A DNA stretch of 64,000 bases from Saccostrea echinata (Eukaryota). The position numbers and the translations under genes are program-made. Shown here in pieces: positions 40,274 to 55,200 of this stretch. The stretch lies in assembly GCF_033153115.1 (NCBI RefSeq), contig NW_026889778.1, forward strand, positions 26,350,001 through 26,414,000. Direction: 5' to 3'. A model generated the notes under the pieces. That model ran no database searches and had not been told where the DNA came from. It worked only from the letters and a program-made list of their open reading frames with translations. The first letter of the stretch is position 1; the number at the start of each line of letters is the position of its first letter.

Positions 40274-43200
40274 CTACAAATAGGCAAAATAGGGACCACA
40301 TTTTTTAAAATGTCAGGGAACATCTCAAAATAGGTAAAAATTGGTTTTACACATATTAAGTAGTTTTTAAGTATTTTGTATGAAAACATCAGGCCTTCTT
40401 TAAATATTAAATGTCAATCATCTAATCGTAAGATCTTTGAAACAACATACATGTCTAATCTCCAAGAAGGCAGCTGGAAAATATATACACATTTGAATCC
40501 CATGCCTCCCTTCCCAAATAAATGATTCCTGCATTTTCATGTCATTAAACTTTCACTACCCTAGATAGGCTTTGAGTGACTTTTAAGCAGTCTTCCATAC
40601 CTTATCAGGTCGTAGACATCTGAGCACTATTAGTTCCTCCAACCTATTTAGATTTTCATTCCATGGGGCCACTAGGGGCTCAGTATGGGGAGTTGTAGAA
40701 TCATATATCTTCTTCCAGGCATTCAGCTAGATAATGGAAAATATAGTAGGGTAAACAAAATCCATTTTAAAAGAAATCAATGAATGGGGATAAAAAAAAT
40801 GAATTTATACATTTTGCTCAAAATGCAAGATACAAAAGCATACGTTTTTACGGAAGTGGTCCATAAATCCTTTGAAGGGAGGCAGATCTGATGCCCTGAC
40901 AATCTCACCCCAGGATTTGTCGGGGAGCCAATCAACAGCTGGGTTAGGGAAGGGGTTCTCCAAAGCCAATCCCCCTGTAAGGAGGAACCGCCAATCACGA
41001 TCGTTGATTTCGCCACTGCAATGATGCAAGAACAGAGTCATCTGACAGTCACCAAAACTTATTCATAATGGAAAATATGGTGAATCTATACCTGATAGTC
41101 AGACATGCAGGAAAGATTTTCATACAAAGATGTATTACCAGTATGTAACTGAAAACCTGAACAATGCAAAGGATTCCTGTAAAACCTTTTGCAGGTTAAA
41201 ATAGTTCTAATCATAATGAATGACTCTTAGCTATTACATATTAAATGAATTTGCTTATTATCTAAACAGGTCCTTTGTATCTGAATTTCTGTCTACTTAA
41301 TCTTATGAATTTAAAAAAAAAGATTTTGTGCTAAAATCATTCAACTTTTGAAAAAAATAAATTTAAAAACAAAATGAAACCAACGAAACTTTCCAAATAC
41401 CAATACCTTGCATAAGCTTATTGATCTTTTTTATTCAACTTTTTTTTTGTTTTTGTTTTTCCAAAACAAGATACTTATTTCTATAAATTATTTCTATATA
41501 TTTCTTAAACTAAAGACTTCTCAAGACGGTAGTTTTGAAAAAATCTGAAAGAATAACAGAGTGCATTTCCTGGGGAAAAATGTGCTTAAAAGAATCTTTT
41601 GAGGAGAACCTTGGTTTTCTTGTCACAGTAATATAAGTAAATCACAGAAAAACACAAGTCAAACACGTAGTCACTTCAAACAACACAGGGGGGAGATAAT
41701 TAAAAGCTAAAATAAAGAGTAATACGAGATAAAATGTCATCAAGGTGCAAGAGAGCTCTTTCAAGATTAAGATGGGGGTTTCTGACTATAAATTTGACAG
41801 TCCATGCATTTGAAAAAGAATATTTCAAGCTAAACATTTTTTAAACAATTAAAATATCTTTTAAAAGACAGTTAACTTAATAAATAACCTCCTTTCTATT
41901 TAAAACTGTAAGTAGAATTCATCTTCATTTTTTGAAAACATTTTTCCCTACTTAAATATGACTTAAATATGAATATTGTGAATGATTTGAAAAAAAAAAA
42001 TAGATACTGCAAACTGTATTATACACTTTGAATCAAGTTTCAAGTAAAAGATGACTGATTAAATTGTCAAATAGCTTGCAGTCCTATCAAGAATTCAAAA
42101 TGCCACTATTACAAATTATTTTATAGTCTCACAATTAATTCATTACTTCAAAATTCATTCATACAGACACAAAATAAAAGACAAAAGGTGCAAGCATTGG
42201 CATTGTCTCGACTCCAAACACTTACCCGACCCTGGCATTAGGCATGGTGCTAATAAAACAGTGATATATCATGGTCAGTGAAAAACACAAGCTCTTAAAT
42301 GTAAACCTGAATCTATTGGAACATGACTTAAGTGTGAATGAGCCAGTCCAAAAGATTGCTGTGTAAAGCAAAAGTTTCACATTTTGCTCTAGTTCCAAAA
42401 CAAGCTAATTACAAGCAAATGTATTTTATCCCCCCTCCCCTTTTATATACAGCTTTTGCGAGTGATATTTACATGTGACGTAACAAAAATTAAAAAAACT
42501 AAACACCTTGGACACATTACATGTACAAGACATGCCCACTTCGTATCAAGTGAAGTTTATATCATGATAATGTGCTTAAACATTTTTAAAACTTGAACAG
42601 AATAAAATCACAATGCTGTTTCTCAGACAATGCCTTGACAAACGATCAAGAGAGCCTACAGATACAAAAACATACGTACTCCATTCCCCAAAAACCCACT
42701 TCGATGTATTATACGTACTTTTGCTTTGCGATGCCGATACATAACAGGAAGGAGAAGAGCAATTTGTCTTTTTCAAACAATGAGCGGCAGACATTCTTGT
42801 AAATGCTGTATGTAAAGTGTTCATTTAAGTTGTGGATCCTCTCCTCCAAATCTTGTGATGGCGCACTGTTTATGATGGACTGTTGAGAAGGAAATTGTGA
42901 ATAAAATTATGAAAGAAAAAGTGTGTCAAAGGAGCAATGACAATGAAAATTCATTTCCTAAAAGAATATACAGTTAAACCTCATTACCTTGAACTCTGGC
43001 AGATTCAAGATAGGTTAAAATCCATAAAGAAAAAGTAGCTGGAACTTGCAACTTACTCTAATATATCAATGTTAAAGATACCAAAGTTCAACTACTTGTT
43101 ATTACAGCATAAATTTTCCAATGCCATTAAAATTAAAAGAATCCTCATTCACACCTGAAAGGATAGGTAAATTAACAAGGTCAAGGGCAATTTCTGTTTT

Positions 43201-46200
43201 ACAGGCAAGACCTTACCTGTAGATAAAGGTTGATGAACCAGGTCAGAGAATACTGGTACATGGGGTCAATGTTGGCCAGGTCCGAGATCACAAAGAACAG
43301 CACACTGCCATGCTTAGCCACCTGATAAAACATTGTGTCTAAGACTGTGTCTTATTGTCTTATGAGATTAAGTGCTTTTTCAAATAAAGTCATACAGATC
43401 GACCTCAAGAGAATTACATCATAAATATATCTGTAATATCAATACATAAAGTAAATGCAGTGCACAACAAAAATTAAATTAAAACATAAACAATAGCATT
43501 AAGATATTGGAATCTGTATTGAATATACATCTTGTAAAATCTTGAGAACATATTTTCTTGCTACAAATTCTAGCCATTTACATGATATTGTATAAAATGG
43601 TCCTCAGAATGAGGTCTGTGATGAATTCTTTTTAAGGTCCCTCGACCCTCTGATAAGAGAGATAACTCTTACTGGAATAAATGACTTTCATTCCTTCATA
43701 AAATTGTAAAATTAAAAGGACATTGCTGCCAAATTTTGCCCTGCAAGGTATGCTGAAATTTTGCATGTTTTAATTAAAGATTTCTTTTGGAAAAAATTTA
43801 TTGGCATTAAGCAAAATTTTATGGGTGAACAAAGGGATGATGAACCTTAATTAAGGTTCATTGACTCTCTGATAAGAAAGGTAACTCTGACATGGACAAA
43901 TGTTTATTATTCCTTCATAAATCCGTCAAGTTCAAATGTCCTTTTTGTTTAATTTTGCCCTGCAAGCTAATATGATAAAATTGTTGGCATTTAACTGATA
44001 AAATACATTTCTTTTGGAATATCATAAGTGTTAAAGCAACGTCTGAAATAAGTGATCAAAAGGATTATGAATCTTAAACAACGAAATCTTACAGGTTTAT
44101 ATCCATTTCTGACATCATCAATGGCTGCCTCTGTCTTGCTGGCCACCAGCTGTTTCTCCGATATCTCCTCTGACAGAATCTTACTGGAGGACAAAATTTC
44201 TATGGCTGTTTCATCCTCCAAAATATTTCCCTGCAAACGTTTTATGAAAAAAAAGATGAATTATGAGGAAGCAATACTTCATGTTGATGTCTGAATTACA
44301 AAATTAATACACTGCAATAATATATGATAGACTTAAAAAAAAATGAAAACATTCTGGATCTGTTCTGTATAAAATTTAAGGGATGAACAAGCATTCTTTC
44401 ATACTACAGATAATTGTAAATAATAAATAGTGAATGACATGAAGTCAGTCTTACCTGTGATGTAGATAGGACCTCCAATATTTTGTCCTCGATCTCTTTG
44501 AGCTGGCGTTTGTTCCTGGCACTCTCTATAATCAGCAGGTTCTTTCTCTCCTCAAGGTCTGGCTTCTCCTTAGCAGCAACAATTCCCAGCAACTGGTCCT
44601 CAAGACCCAGCAAGGTAATCATAAAATTCAGCAGAGTCACCTAAAGAATACCAAATATACATATACCAAAACAATCCCCCAACAACTGGTCCTCAAGACC
44701 CAGTAATGTAATCATAAAATTCAGCAGGGTCACCTAAGGAATACCAAATATACATATACCAAAACAATCCCCCAACAACTGGTCCTCAAGACCCAGTAAT
44801 GTAATCATAAAATTCAGCAGGGTCACCTAAGGAATACTAAATATACATATACCAAAACAATCCCCCAACAACTGGTCCTCAAGACCCAGCAAGGTAATCA
44901 TAAAATTCAGCAGGGTCACCTAAGGAATACCAAATATACATATACCAAAACAATCCCCCAACAACTGGTCCTCAAGACCCAGTAATGTAATCATAAAATT
45001 CAGCAGGGTCACCTAAGGAATACCAAATATACATATACCAAAACAATCCCCCAACAACTGGTCCTCAAGACCCAGTAATGTAATCATAAAATTCAGCAGG
45101 GTCACCTAAAGAATACCAAATATACATATACCAAAACAATCCCCCAACAACTGGTCCTCAAGACCCAGCAAGGTAATCATAAAATTCAGCAGGGTCACCT
45201 AAGGAATACCAAATATACATATACCAAAACAATCCCCCAACAACTGGTCCTCAAGACCCAGTAATGTAATCATAAAATTCAGCAGGGTCACCTAAGGAAT
45301 ACCAAATATACATATACCAAAACAATCCCCCAACAACTGGTCCTCAAGACCCAGTAATGTAATCATAAAATTCAGCAGAGTCACCTAAGGAATACCAAAT
45401 ATACATATACCAAAACAATCCCCCAACAACTGGTCCTCAAGACCCAGTACTGTAATCATAAAATTCAGCAGGGTCACCTAAGGAATACCAAATATACATA
45501 TACCAAAACAATCCCCCAACAACTGGTCCTCAAGACCCAGTAATGTAATCATAAAATTCAGCAGAGTCACCTAAGGAATATCAAATATACATATACCAAA
45601 ACAATCCCCCAACAACTGGTCCTCAAGACCCAGTAATCATAAAATTCAGCAGGGTCACCTAAGGAATACCAAATATACATATACCAAAACAATCCCCCAA
45701 CAACTGGTCCTCAAGACCCAGTAATGTAATCATAAAATTTAGCAGAGTCACCTGTAACCAGACCAGATATACAGTGACTTCTGTCTAACCTGACACCTGT
45801 GCAATTCGTTTTACTGTGAATTATGACCCTAAACTTCATTCCCATTTACTACTTTCCATGTTTTTTATACTGTGTAATCTGACACCCTGTCTATTCCGAC
45901 ACCAAATTCTTCTCCAAGTTCATGTCAAATCAAACAGGTTTCACTGTACATATTCAACTACCTTCCTTTACTTTGAACAATGTACTTTAATGTACTTCAC
46001 AGAGATTAGAAAGAAATCTCAACACATTTTCCTTCTGATAAAACGTTATGAAATTATCTGGGTCTTAACCTGAACCTTACATGTAGTATTTAAACAGAAC
46101 ATGCACAACTAACCTTGACAGAGACCTCCGGGAGGTAATGAGGGTTTCTGAGTCGTGTGGTGATGTACAGCTTGAAGTCCTTACTGTACTCAATGATATG

Positions 46201-49200
46201 GTCTCCCACTCGGATGTATTCCATGTTATTCTGCAAAATTCAAAAATACCTCAGTCTAGAACATTCATAAATACAATCAATCCAAGACGTCCGACTAAAT
46301 TTAGATGTTTTCAATATGAATTGAGCACAAATTTGTAAAATCCTTCTTCAAATACAGCAAAAAATGTGTACATCTACTGACCTGTTTAAATGTCTGTTTC
46401 AACAGAATCGGTTCCAGAATGGGATCCAACTCCTCTCCCACATTTTCCAGCAAACAGGGATTACCAAACTGAGGGCAAGATAGTAATTTAAGAGCAAAGT
46501 GGGTTTATTTTTTTCTGTTTGTTTAGTAGTATTTCTTCTTACTGAATGTTGGTACTTTTTTTTTTTAGGGAAATTCTCAAAGTACATGTACAAGTACTTT
46601 AGATTACTATCTTAAAACTTTTGACCTAAAGGTGAATGAAATCAATGTACAGAACTAATGTATGTAACTTTAACCTTTGACTTGATGACAGTGAAGTTAA
46701 TATATTACAACTAGAAATATTTTTTGTGCAAAAATTACCTCATACATGTACTTGAAAGTACGTTTCTGTGTTGAATACCGTACAAATTAAAATTCTATCC
46801 TAGAATTCCTATTTTCTCAATACCTGTATGCAGTTTTCCAGGTTCCTGCTGAAGTTGACGTCGGACATCTTGACCACCTCCAGCTTGTTCATCTTCTCCA
46901 TGTTCTTGACCCACTTATTGGCCTGACCCTGAGGGTCAATCATCAGGGGCCACCGGTTAGCACTCATAACAATGATGGCATTCTCCACAGAGTAGCTATA
47001 AACAACAACACATACATCATATATGGACGTCATATAAAAATGGCAGCATAGTCTTAAAAGCAGACCAAGGGAATTTCTTTAAAACAGCCCAGCGGTGTCT
47101 TTTAACTGTGCTAAAAAGCTTTTTATTAATGTAGTTTCAATATAAGACTAAGTTTGGGTTTTAGGAAAACCAATAAAACAGACAGACCAACAACATTAAG
47201 TCCTCTCCCTCTTTTTATCTCTTCAATGTTCTTTGAAATAAAGGTCCTATGCATATTCAACCAACAGATTAATCATCATCTAGACAATTCAGGTTAATAT
47301 TAATGAATTACACGTTAAAACCTGTGGGAGTCACAAACTTCTTCTACTTTCAAAATTCACATAATTTTAATAAAATCTAGAGGTACTGGCAATGAGCCCA
47401 CTAAACGATACCCCCCTCCCTCCCCCGCCTCTCATAAGGTTATAATGGCAAAGTGCATGTTTTGCTCTTGGAGACCTGAAATAAGTGTCATATCAAACAG
47501 TTAAAATAGGAGGTGCACAATGGCATTATGTAATAAAGAGTCTGTGAAAGTATCATATTCATATCATATTCAGTGGTATAGGAGGAGTTGCGTATAAGAG
47601 ATGGGTATCCTTCAGTATTATAGAAAGAATGGCTGCGTCCATATTTTGCTCTAGCAAAACCAAAATATGTGCAAGATTAAAAAGTAAAATAAGAGGTGCA
47701 CAATGGCACTATGTAACAAAGATTCTGTGAAAGTCTCATTAAATTTCATTCAGTGGTAAAAGAGGAGTTGCAGATAAGAGAAGGGTACCCCAAAGCGTAA
47801 CAGACGGACACACGTACAGACAGACGGATGTACGAATGGACAGATGGACATCCCAATCACTATATACCCTCCCACTTTTCAAGCGGGGGGGGGGGGGTAT
47901 AAAAATAATACATGTCAACAGGCATTCCATTCCCAAATTTTGACAGGGTTCCCATGAGTCACTTACTTGTCAACAGGAAGTCCAGCGATCTGCCAGTCCC
48001 GTATTTTGACAGGGTCCCCGAGAGTCGTGTACAGGGAGAAGTGTTCAGACAGTGGGATGTTCCGTTCCGCACACATGCCGTACCATTCCTTCAGACATTC
48101 CTGGCGATAGTCCAGAATGAAGGGCCCCAAGTAGGCCACCACACTTGCTGACAGAAGGACATCGCCAACGATGTTATCATAGGTCTCATTTAATTCGTCA
48201 ACATTCTGGATTCAATAGCAAAGATAGGGAAGGAATTAAAACAGCTGCTTTTTTTTTTTGTTAAATAAAATCAATGTCACATATTTTCTATTTAGTAACT
48301 TTAGGGTAATGGAATGGGGTTCAATATTAATACTCTGCCCACATTATATATACATGTAAATGATAGCATCATTACTTTCTCCGACTTAGACAAACTGCAT
48401 CTGATAATCCTAGAGTTTAGAATGAAAGCATCAAGGCTAAGTAAGATGTTCCCTTTGCAAAACATGTCAAATCCTATGTAATGATTCTTAAGCTACCTTA
48501 GCCAAAACTAATTCCAGCATGGGATATAAATCTTTATAATACATGTACTTACATTTGTCCATCTTTCTTTCTCTCCTCCCAGTCCACTAATCAGCTTCTC
48601 TGCTCTCTCTATCTTAACAATAGTCAGTTCAATATTTTCTTCCAAATTCTGAAAGAGATACAGTTAAAACTGCCATAGCGACCCACTGTATTAAGCGACT
48701 CACTGTCATATGTGACCGTAAGAATTCCTCCCAACGCTTTTCCCTATATATTATACCTGTATTAAACGACCACCTGTCTAACGCGACCAGCGACCGTGAT
48801 TTTCCTGACAATTTTTGTAATTTCAGGCAATTTTACCTGGATTTAACGACTACATAATTTCCGATTCCTACTTTCGATTTCGGTCGAGCATGCTATTTTT
48901 TTTGGTTCAAAATATGTACAGACACGCGTTTATTTCATTTAATAATTATATAATGCGAGTTTTAGGAATAAAACAACATTTCAAAATAAATATTTTTACT
49001 TACGTTTTGATATCTATTGAATAAACATTAAAATCTAATACATAAACATTCACGTTTTTTCTCTCCAATGATCGAGTGCCATTTTGAAAATAGACGTTCG
49101 AGGTCGATCCCGATATCATTTCGTGGTATAAGGGCCAAATGGATATTCAGCTATAAAACCTGCCTTTTTAACTTTTAATTAACAAGTAACTAAATCCTAG

Positions 49201-52200
49201 ATGTTTATTTAAGTGAATTGTGTCACCAACGGGGTAAGTAAACACACGCTAGCTAGCACCCATACCAGGTGATAATTGAAGTGATTGAAGTAGGTGACAA
49301 ACAGGCAATTAGACGGGGTAGTTCAGTAATGAAAAAAAAAAATTAGGTTAAATAAATTTTAAGTCATAAATATAATTTAATTTGTTACCAAGTCCATAAC
49401 AAAAATCATGATACAGTTTTAATTCTTAGTAATTTGCAAAACATACAAAGCTATATATATAGGCTATCATGTAAAACAAAAAAAAAATATTATTAGAAAA
49501 AATCTTTGCAGCTTTTTTATACCGTATAAAACATTTAATATTTTCAGATGTTCATAATATTTCCCAATAATCGAATTACTCATGTGCAGATCAAGCAAAT
49601 TTTATTATTGAACAGGACAATTGTACCTATAATATAAAAGCATTTAGAGTTGAGCAGTACCTATAAAATACATTCCACATACACAAAAGTCATGTAATAT
49701 TTTCAGCATTGTGTATATTTGAACACTGCTGAAAATAAGCAACCTGTATTAAGAGACCACCTGTCATATGTGACCTTTTTTCCTTTCTCCGTTGGAAGGT
49801 CTCTTAATACAGGTTTGACTGTATATAATTATAAAATATCAGACTTATTGATTAATTTTAAACCACTATTGACCCCCCCCCCCCTTTCAATCCCCCTTCA
49901 ATTTGCTAACATAGAACTTTGTTAACATGGAAAGCTTGGCTTATTGACTGATATATGTATTTGAACAAATCTCAGGAGAAAAGGGAGGTTCAAATTAAAA
50001 TTTAAATACAATTAAATGTCTTACCACTTTCTCTTCCTCCTTTGTTTTGAGTTGATCTTTGAGTCCATCCAACTTGTCAGTGATTGCCTGTAGTTCAGCC
50101 TGCTTTTCGTGAAGTTTTGCCATCTGAGTAGCAAGTACTGCTTCTGCCTCTTCCAAACTTCTACGCTTAGGTCCAACCACCTATTCAATCATATTTAGAA
50201 ATTTTCTAACTTTTATATAATTATCGTATTTCCTGTTCAGAAACTTTTTTTAACACATCTCCATCGATTTACTTTATCTTTGTTTTATATTACACATTCA
50301 ACACCAAATGTTCTAAGAATTTCATCCCCTTACAAAACACCTTTACCTTGACTCCTTCTTAATAACGACCATGAAAAAAATCCATGTGACTAACCTTAAT
50401 AACACTATCGTACACATCCATGGCCCTGATCCATTTACAAAGACCCTCACAGGCTGACGACACATTCCGGATGAGACTGGGTTCAAAATCCGGATTGCTT
50501 ATGTACTTGTCTCGGATTTTCTTCATCACTGGTACTGGGATGTTATCTTTGTCATACTCCTTTAGAGAATCCAGAAACTTGAGGTCTCCCAACATCTGCA
50601 AAATGTTTCAGTTCATTTAATTTTTCTACCTAATGAGAAAGTATTGTACATACATGTAGCAATTCAAACATTTTATTTTACATGTCCTTAAAAGGCATGG
50701 AAACATACTCTTTTGGCTGCAGGCCAATAATCCTCAACCTTCCGACCTGTGGCGTCCACTTTATTGTCCGGCTTGATTCCCTGAAATTCGAATATAAATT
50801 TTAAAACGAGTATTTAACTTATTTTAAGTTTCAAAATTAATGATCAATTTTTAGTGTTCACTTGAACATACAGTGGAATTACCTTCCAATTATTTATTCT
50901 GCGAATGAACTTATATAACAGTTTAGTTCTATATTTCATTAAACTTCCTCTGACTTATATAAATAGTTCATAGTGATCAGCTTTTCTGAATCAACACAAA
51001 CCTTCATGATGCAGACAGACTCCATGACAAGTTTGACTCCATTAGGGGGGTTGGCCATGGCCTTGACTAGAGAGATATCGTTCTGTTTCAGAGTGTCGAG
51101 GGCAGAAATGGCAGCATTCAGGGCCGGCATGGCTATTGCCAGTTTGGCTTCACACTCATCCTATAGAAAGAAAAAAACTATGTTATACTTCAGTTCTATT
51201 TCTTGTTCATGTAATCCGAGTCCTCTATAAACACGTAGTTGTCACTTTCTGTTCTAATGGAAAAAGGAATTTTTATTCAATATTCTAATTACTTTTAAGA
51301 AAAATTGGAATTATTTTTTATTTATTAACTACTGTCTAAACTGCAGGAACATGTTGAATTCGTTCAACTTTCAAAAATATTCTTTTGAAAAATCATCATC
51401 ATTAAACCAAAATTTTATATGAGTGGACCGATAGATGATGAACCTTAATTATTTTTTTATTCATAGTGACCTTGACCTACCTTGATGGCCTTGGCCTCCA
51501 TGGCTGCCTTGTTGGCCACCACTTCGTCTGCCTCTACGACCTTTTTCACGGCCTCCACTTCTACACTCTCTTTACTGATGAATTCTATAAGCTCCGCTGT
51601 CTCCTTGCTTGTCATCACCAGTTTGGGCCGAAGTTCGACCAATTCCTGCTGCATGACACTGACCTAAATAAAATACATCAGAAAAATCAGTCAAATAGGT
51701 CAAAAATTTTTTTTTTTACTAAAACATACTTTAAAGAGCAGTAAAAAATCAAATAAGATTTAAAAACATACACCTTGACAAAGATTATCCTGAAAACTAT
51801 GTAACTAGTTCAAAAGCATGTGGTAGTTTTATTATCATTACAATGCAAAATCATTGACCACTGTTAGATCTGTAGATGAATAGCACTAGAAATAAGAATT
51901 CCATCACCATCCATATTTTGTTATTTTTTTACCTCTAATTTGTAGTTCATTGTAACCTGAATCATCTGAGAACTCCACTACGTAGTAATTCTTACCTGAT
52001 TCTCTGAGAACTCTAGCTTCTCCAGTCCCACTATGTAGCAATTCTTCCCTGATTCTCTGAGAACTCTAGCTTCTCCAATCCCACTACGTAGTGATTCTTA
52101 CTTGAATCTCTGAGAACTTTAATTTCTCCAATCCCACTATGTAGCAATTCTTACCTGATTCTCTGAGAACTCTAGCTTCTCCAATCCCACTACGTAGTAA

Positions 52201-55200
52201 TTCTTACCTGATTCTCTGAGAACTCTAGCTTCTCCAGTCCCACTATGTAGCAATTCTTACCTGATTCTCTGAGAACTCTAACTTCTCCAGTCCCATTATG
52301 TAGCAATTACTTACCTGATTCTCTGAGAACTCTAGCTTCTCTAATCCCACTATATAGCGATTCTTCAGGGTCAGAATCTCCATTCTTTTCTGATCTAGCA
52401 GGCTTTTGAAGGTTTTGATCAGTTCTAGGTACGACGTGGGGGTGACATAATTTCGTCGCCTCATTGTTTCGTAATACCTGCAAATAGTTAGCAATGATTT
52501 ACATATATATTATACTGTTTACTAAGAAATTTATATAAATTGGAATTAACTTGTTCTCTCAAAACTTTTTGTGACAATTCTTCATATGATTTACATAGTT
52601 GTTGTTCTCTTATCTACCTGCTTACTAATATATGGTGATTATCTCCCTTGAACAATCCAGATGTATTGATTTACAAGTTATTTTCCTTGTTACAGACACA
52701 CAGAAGTTACTCCCCTTGTTACTGATTTATAGTAGTTACTTCCCCTGCTACTGACTACATTTGTTAGTCCTACAGTATCTACTTTTCCTATTACTGACTA
52801 CAGTACTTTCTTCCCCCATTACTGACCAGTACAGTGCTGAACAGTAGTAACTCGCCTTGTTCCAGACCTACAGTACTAGAATTCTCCAGCTCCTCACCTG
52901 TCTGAGAGCATTCTAACACTCTGATGGAAATGTTTACACATGAAGATTGTCTGTGTCCTCACTTCATCTGACATCTCCACATCCTCCAGGAACTTGTTGG
53001 CCACCAGCTCCAAGGCATCCTCTGGCCAAGGCTAAAACAGAACCAATTCTAGATTTATTTTCAACATTAAGTCATCAGAGTTAATTAAATACAATCAACT
53101 TAATACTTCCATGTATCCAAAAATTCAAGATAAAGAGGTTAAATACACATACGTAGAGAAAATGTGATTGAGACTTCCAAGGCACTTCAATATATAGATG
53201 CTATTTGAGATATTGATACTTGAGATACAATAGTTCAACTTATCTGAATGAAAGCTAATTTTCCTTTGCAAGTTTTTATACTTGCAGAAACTTGTACATG
53301 TATATTTAACTCTTTTTCAATGAAAAATATAATGAAACGTAAAGCTTTATTCCTCTCAGAATTCTACCTTGAACCAGTCAATAGTACAGCAGTTGATGAG
53401 GGAGGGAAACATCCTAATCCTGTTCCTGAAGTTATCTCCTATAGGACTGAAGGCCAGGACCACGTGAAGGTTACGTCGGATCCGCTCAATAAACATGTTG
53501 TACATGTTTAGTGGCGTCATCTCAATCTGTAAATTCTGCTGCAGCGCCAACTGTTGCATCTATAGTTCAAATAAATAGTTCAAATAAAACATACACAGGT
53601 GAAAATTATGGCCTTCAGAAACTACATGTATTGACCAATTTTGATGAGTTAGACTTTCTAGACAAGGAACATTAATTGAAATGCTAGCTCAAACATTTTT
53701 GCATCAAATTAAAGGCTTAAAATTACTTCATTAATGTGAATGAAATGAAAACCCATCACTTTATTACATTCCTTCAAGGCATACCTTTTCAATAATTTCC
53801 AGTCTTTCTTCATTGTCATACAGGTTAGGTATGTCTCCTGTGTTCAGTATCATGTTGATGTCCTCCAGGAAGGACTCGTCCTAAAGCAAAATCTCAAGTA
53901 TATAACTTAATATCATCAACATACATATATAAAGGATAAGAGAAGTTTTTTTGTGTTCATATTCCCAAGCACAAGAAATTTATTTTTCCATTGCAATTCC
54001 TGTTTATTAAACAAGTGACCATGCTCGGAAAATGAATTGTATAACTGAGAATCGATTATCTCCAGGTTTACAAAATTACCATTTCCTGCATGTTAAATAT
54101 TACAAGAAATAATCAACCATTAACAGGATTAAATATTACAAGTTTGACATTATATTCTTGAGATTTTGGTCAAACAGTCAGATAAACTGGTTTTCTTACT
54201 TTAATCTGGTGATCCCCAAACAGGAAGACCATGGAGGTACCCTCGTCTCCTGCTCGCCTCATGAGGCGTCGGAGGTCCTCTCTCCATTCTGAGGTGGTGT
54301 AGTTTTTGGTGATTTCAATTTGGAAAAGTTCAAAGTCGGACATGAAAGCAGCCAACCGTGAAGAACTCTGCCTTCCACTACCTCCGATACCTATTCAAGC
54401 ACAAAAAAAAAAGAAGGTTTCTTTGAGCCAAACATTTGTATTTTGCGATTTGAGTGGTGGCATTTACCATTTAACATCCATAATGCATGACTTGAAATTG
54501 ACAAAGGGAATGTCATTTTTAAGAAACACAATTGATATAAGATTTCTCAAAATTGTAGCAACTTCATTTTATACCCAAAAATAAATTATCATTCATGTTT
54601 CAATTTTTTTTTTTGTTTATACAAGTGTACTAGATCAAACATTAATTTTTGGTATTTTTTGCAGATCAAACATCATGACTGACCAACAAGTAGACAGTGA
54701 CCACTGGGCTGCTTGAGAACTCGGCTGATTCGGGAGATGTGTTCTATGGCAAATCTGAACATGACTAGATTCATAGGAGCCTTAAACATCATGTTGTACT
54801 CCTCTAAGTACATTTCAATGGCCTGAAAAATATTGAAATATCATATTCAGGCATGTAGAAGAAATGCTAATAAAATATTCAATCACCAAAAAACATGCAT
54901 CTCTTTGTTCACATTTAAAATGAATACTTTTATTCACATTTCCATTGCATATTCGCATTAGATCAAATGGAACATATTTAATCAAATACATGTACATTAA
55001 AACTCTTAAAAGTGCTGAGCATTTTACAACTAGCTGTAACAAATTTTCTATACTGTACAACTCATATTTTTCACCAATACCAGACTGTGTATACTATGTA
55101 CTATACTGTAAACCATGCAACTTTCATTTGCGTTTGATAAATATATTTCTTGTCAAAAACTTTTTTTTTAATTTACGTAGATCATTTTCTCAGTTGTGAA

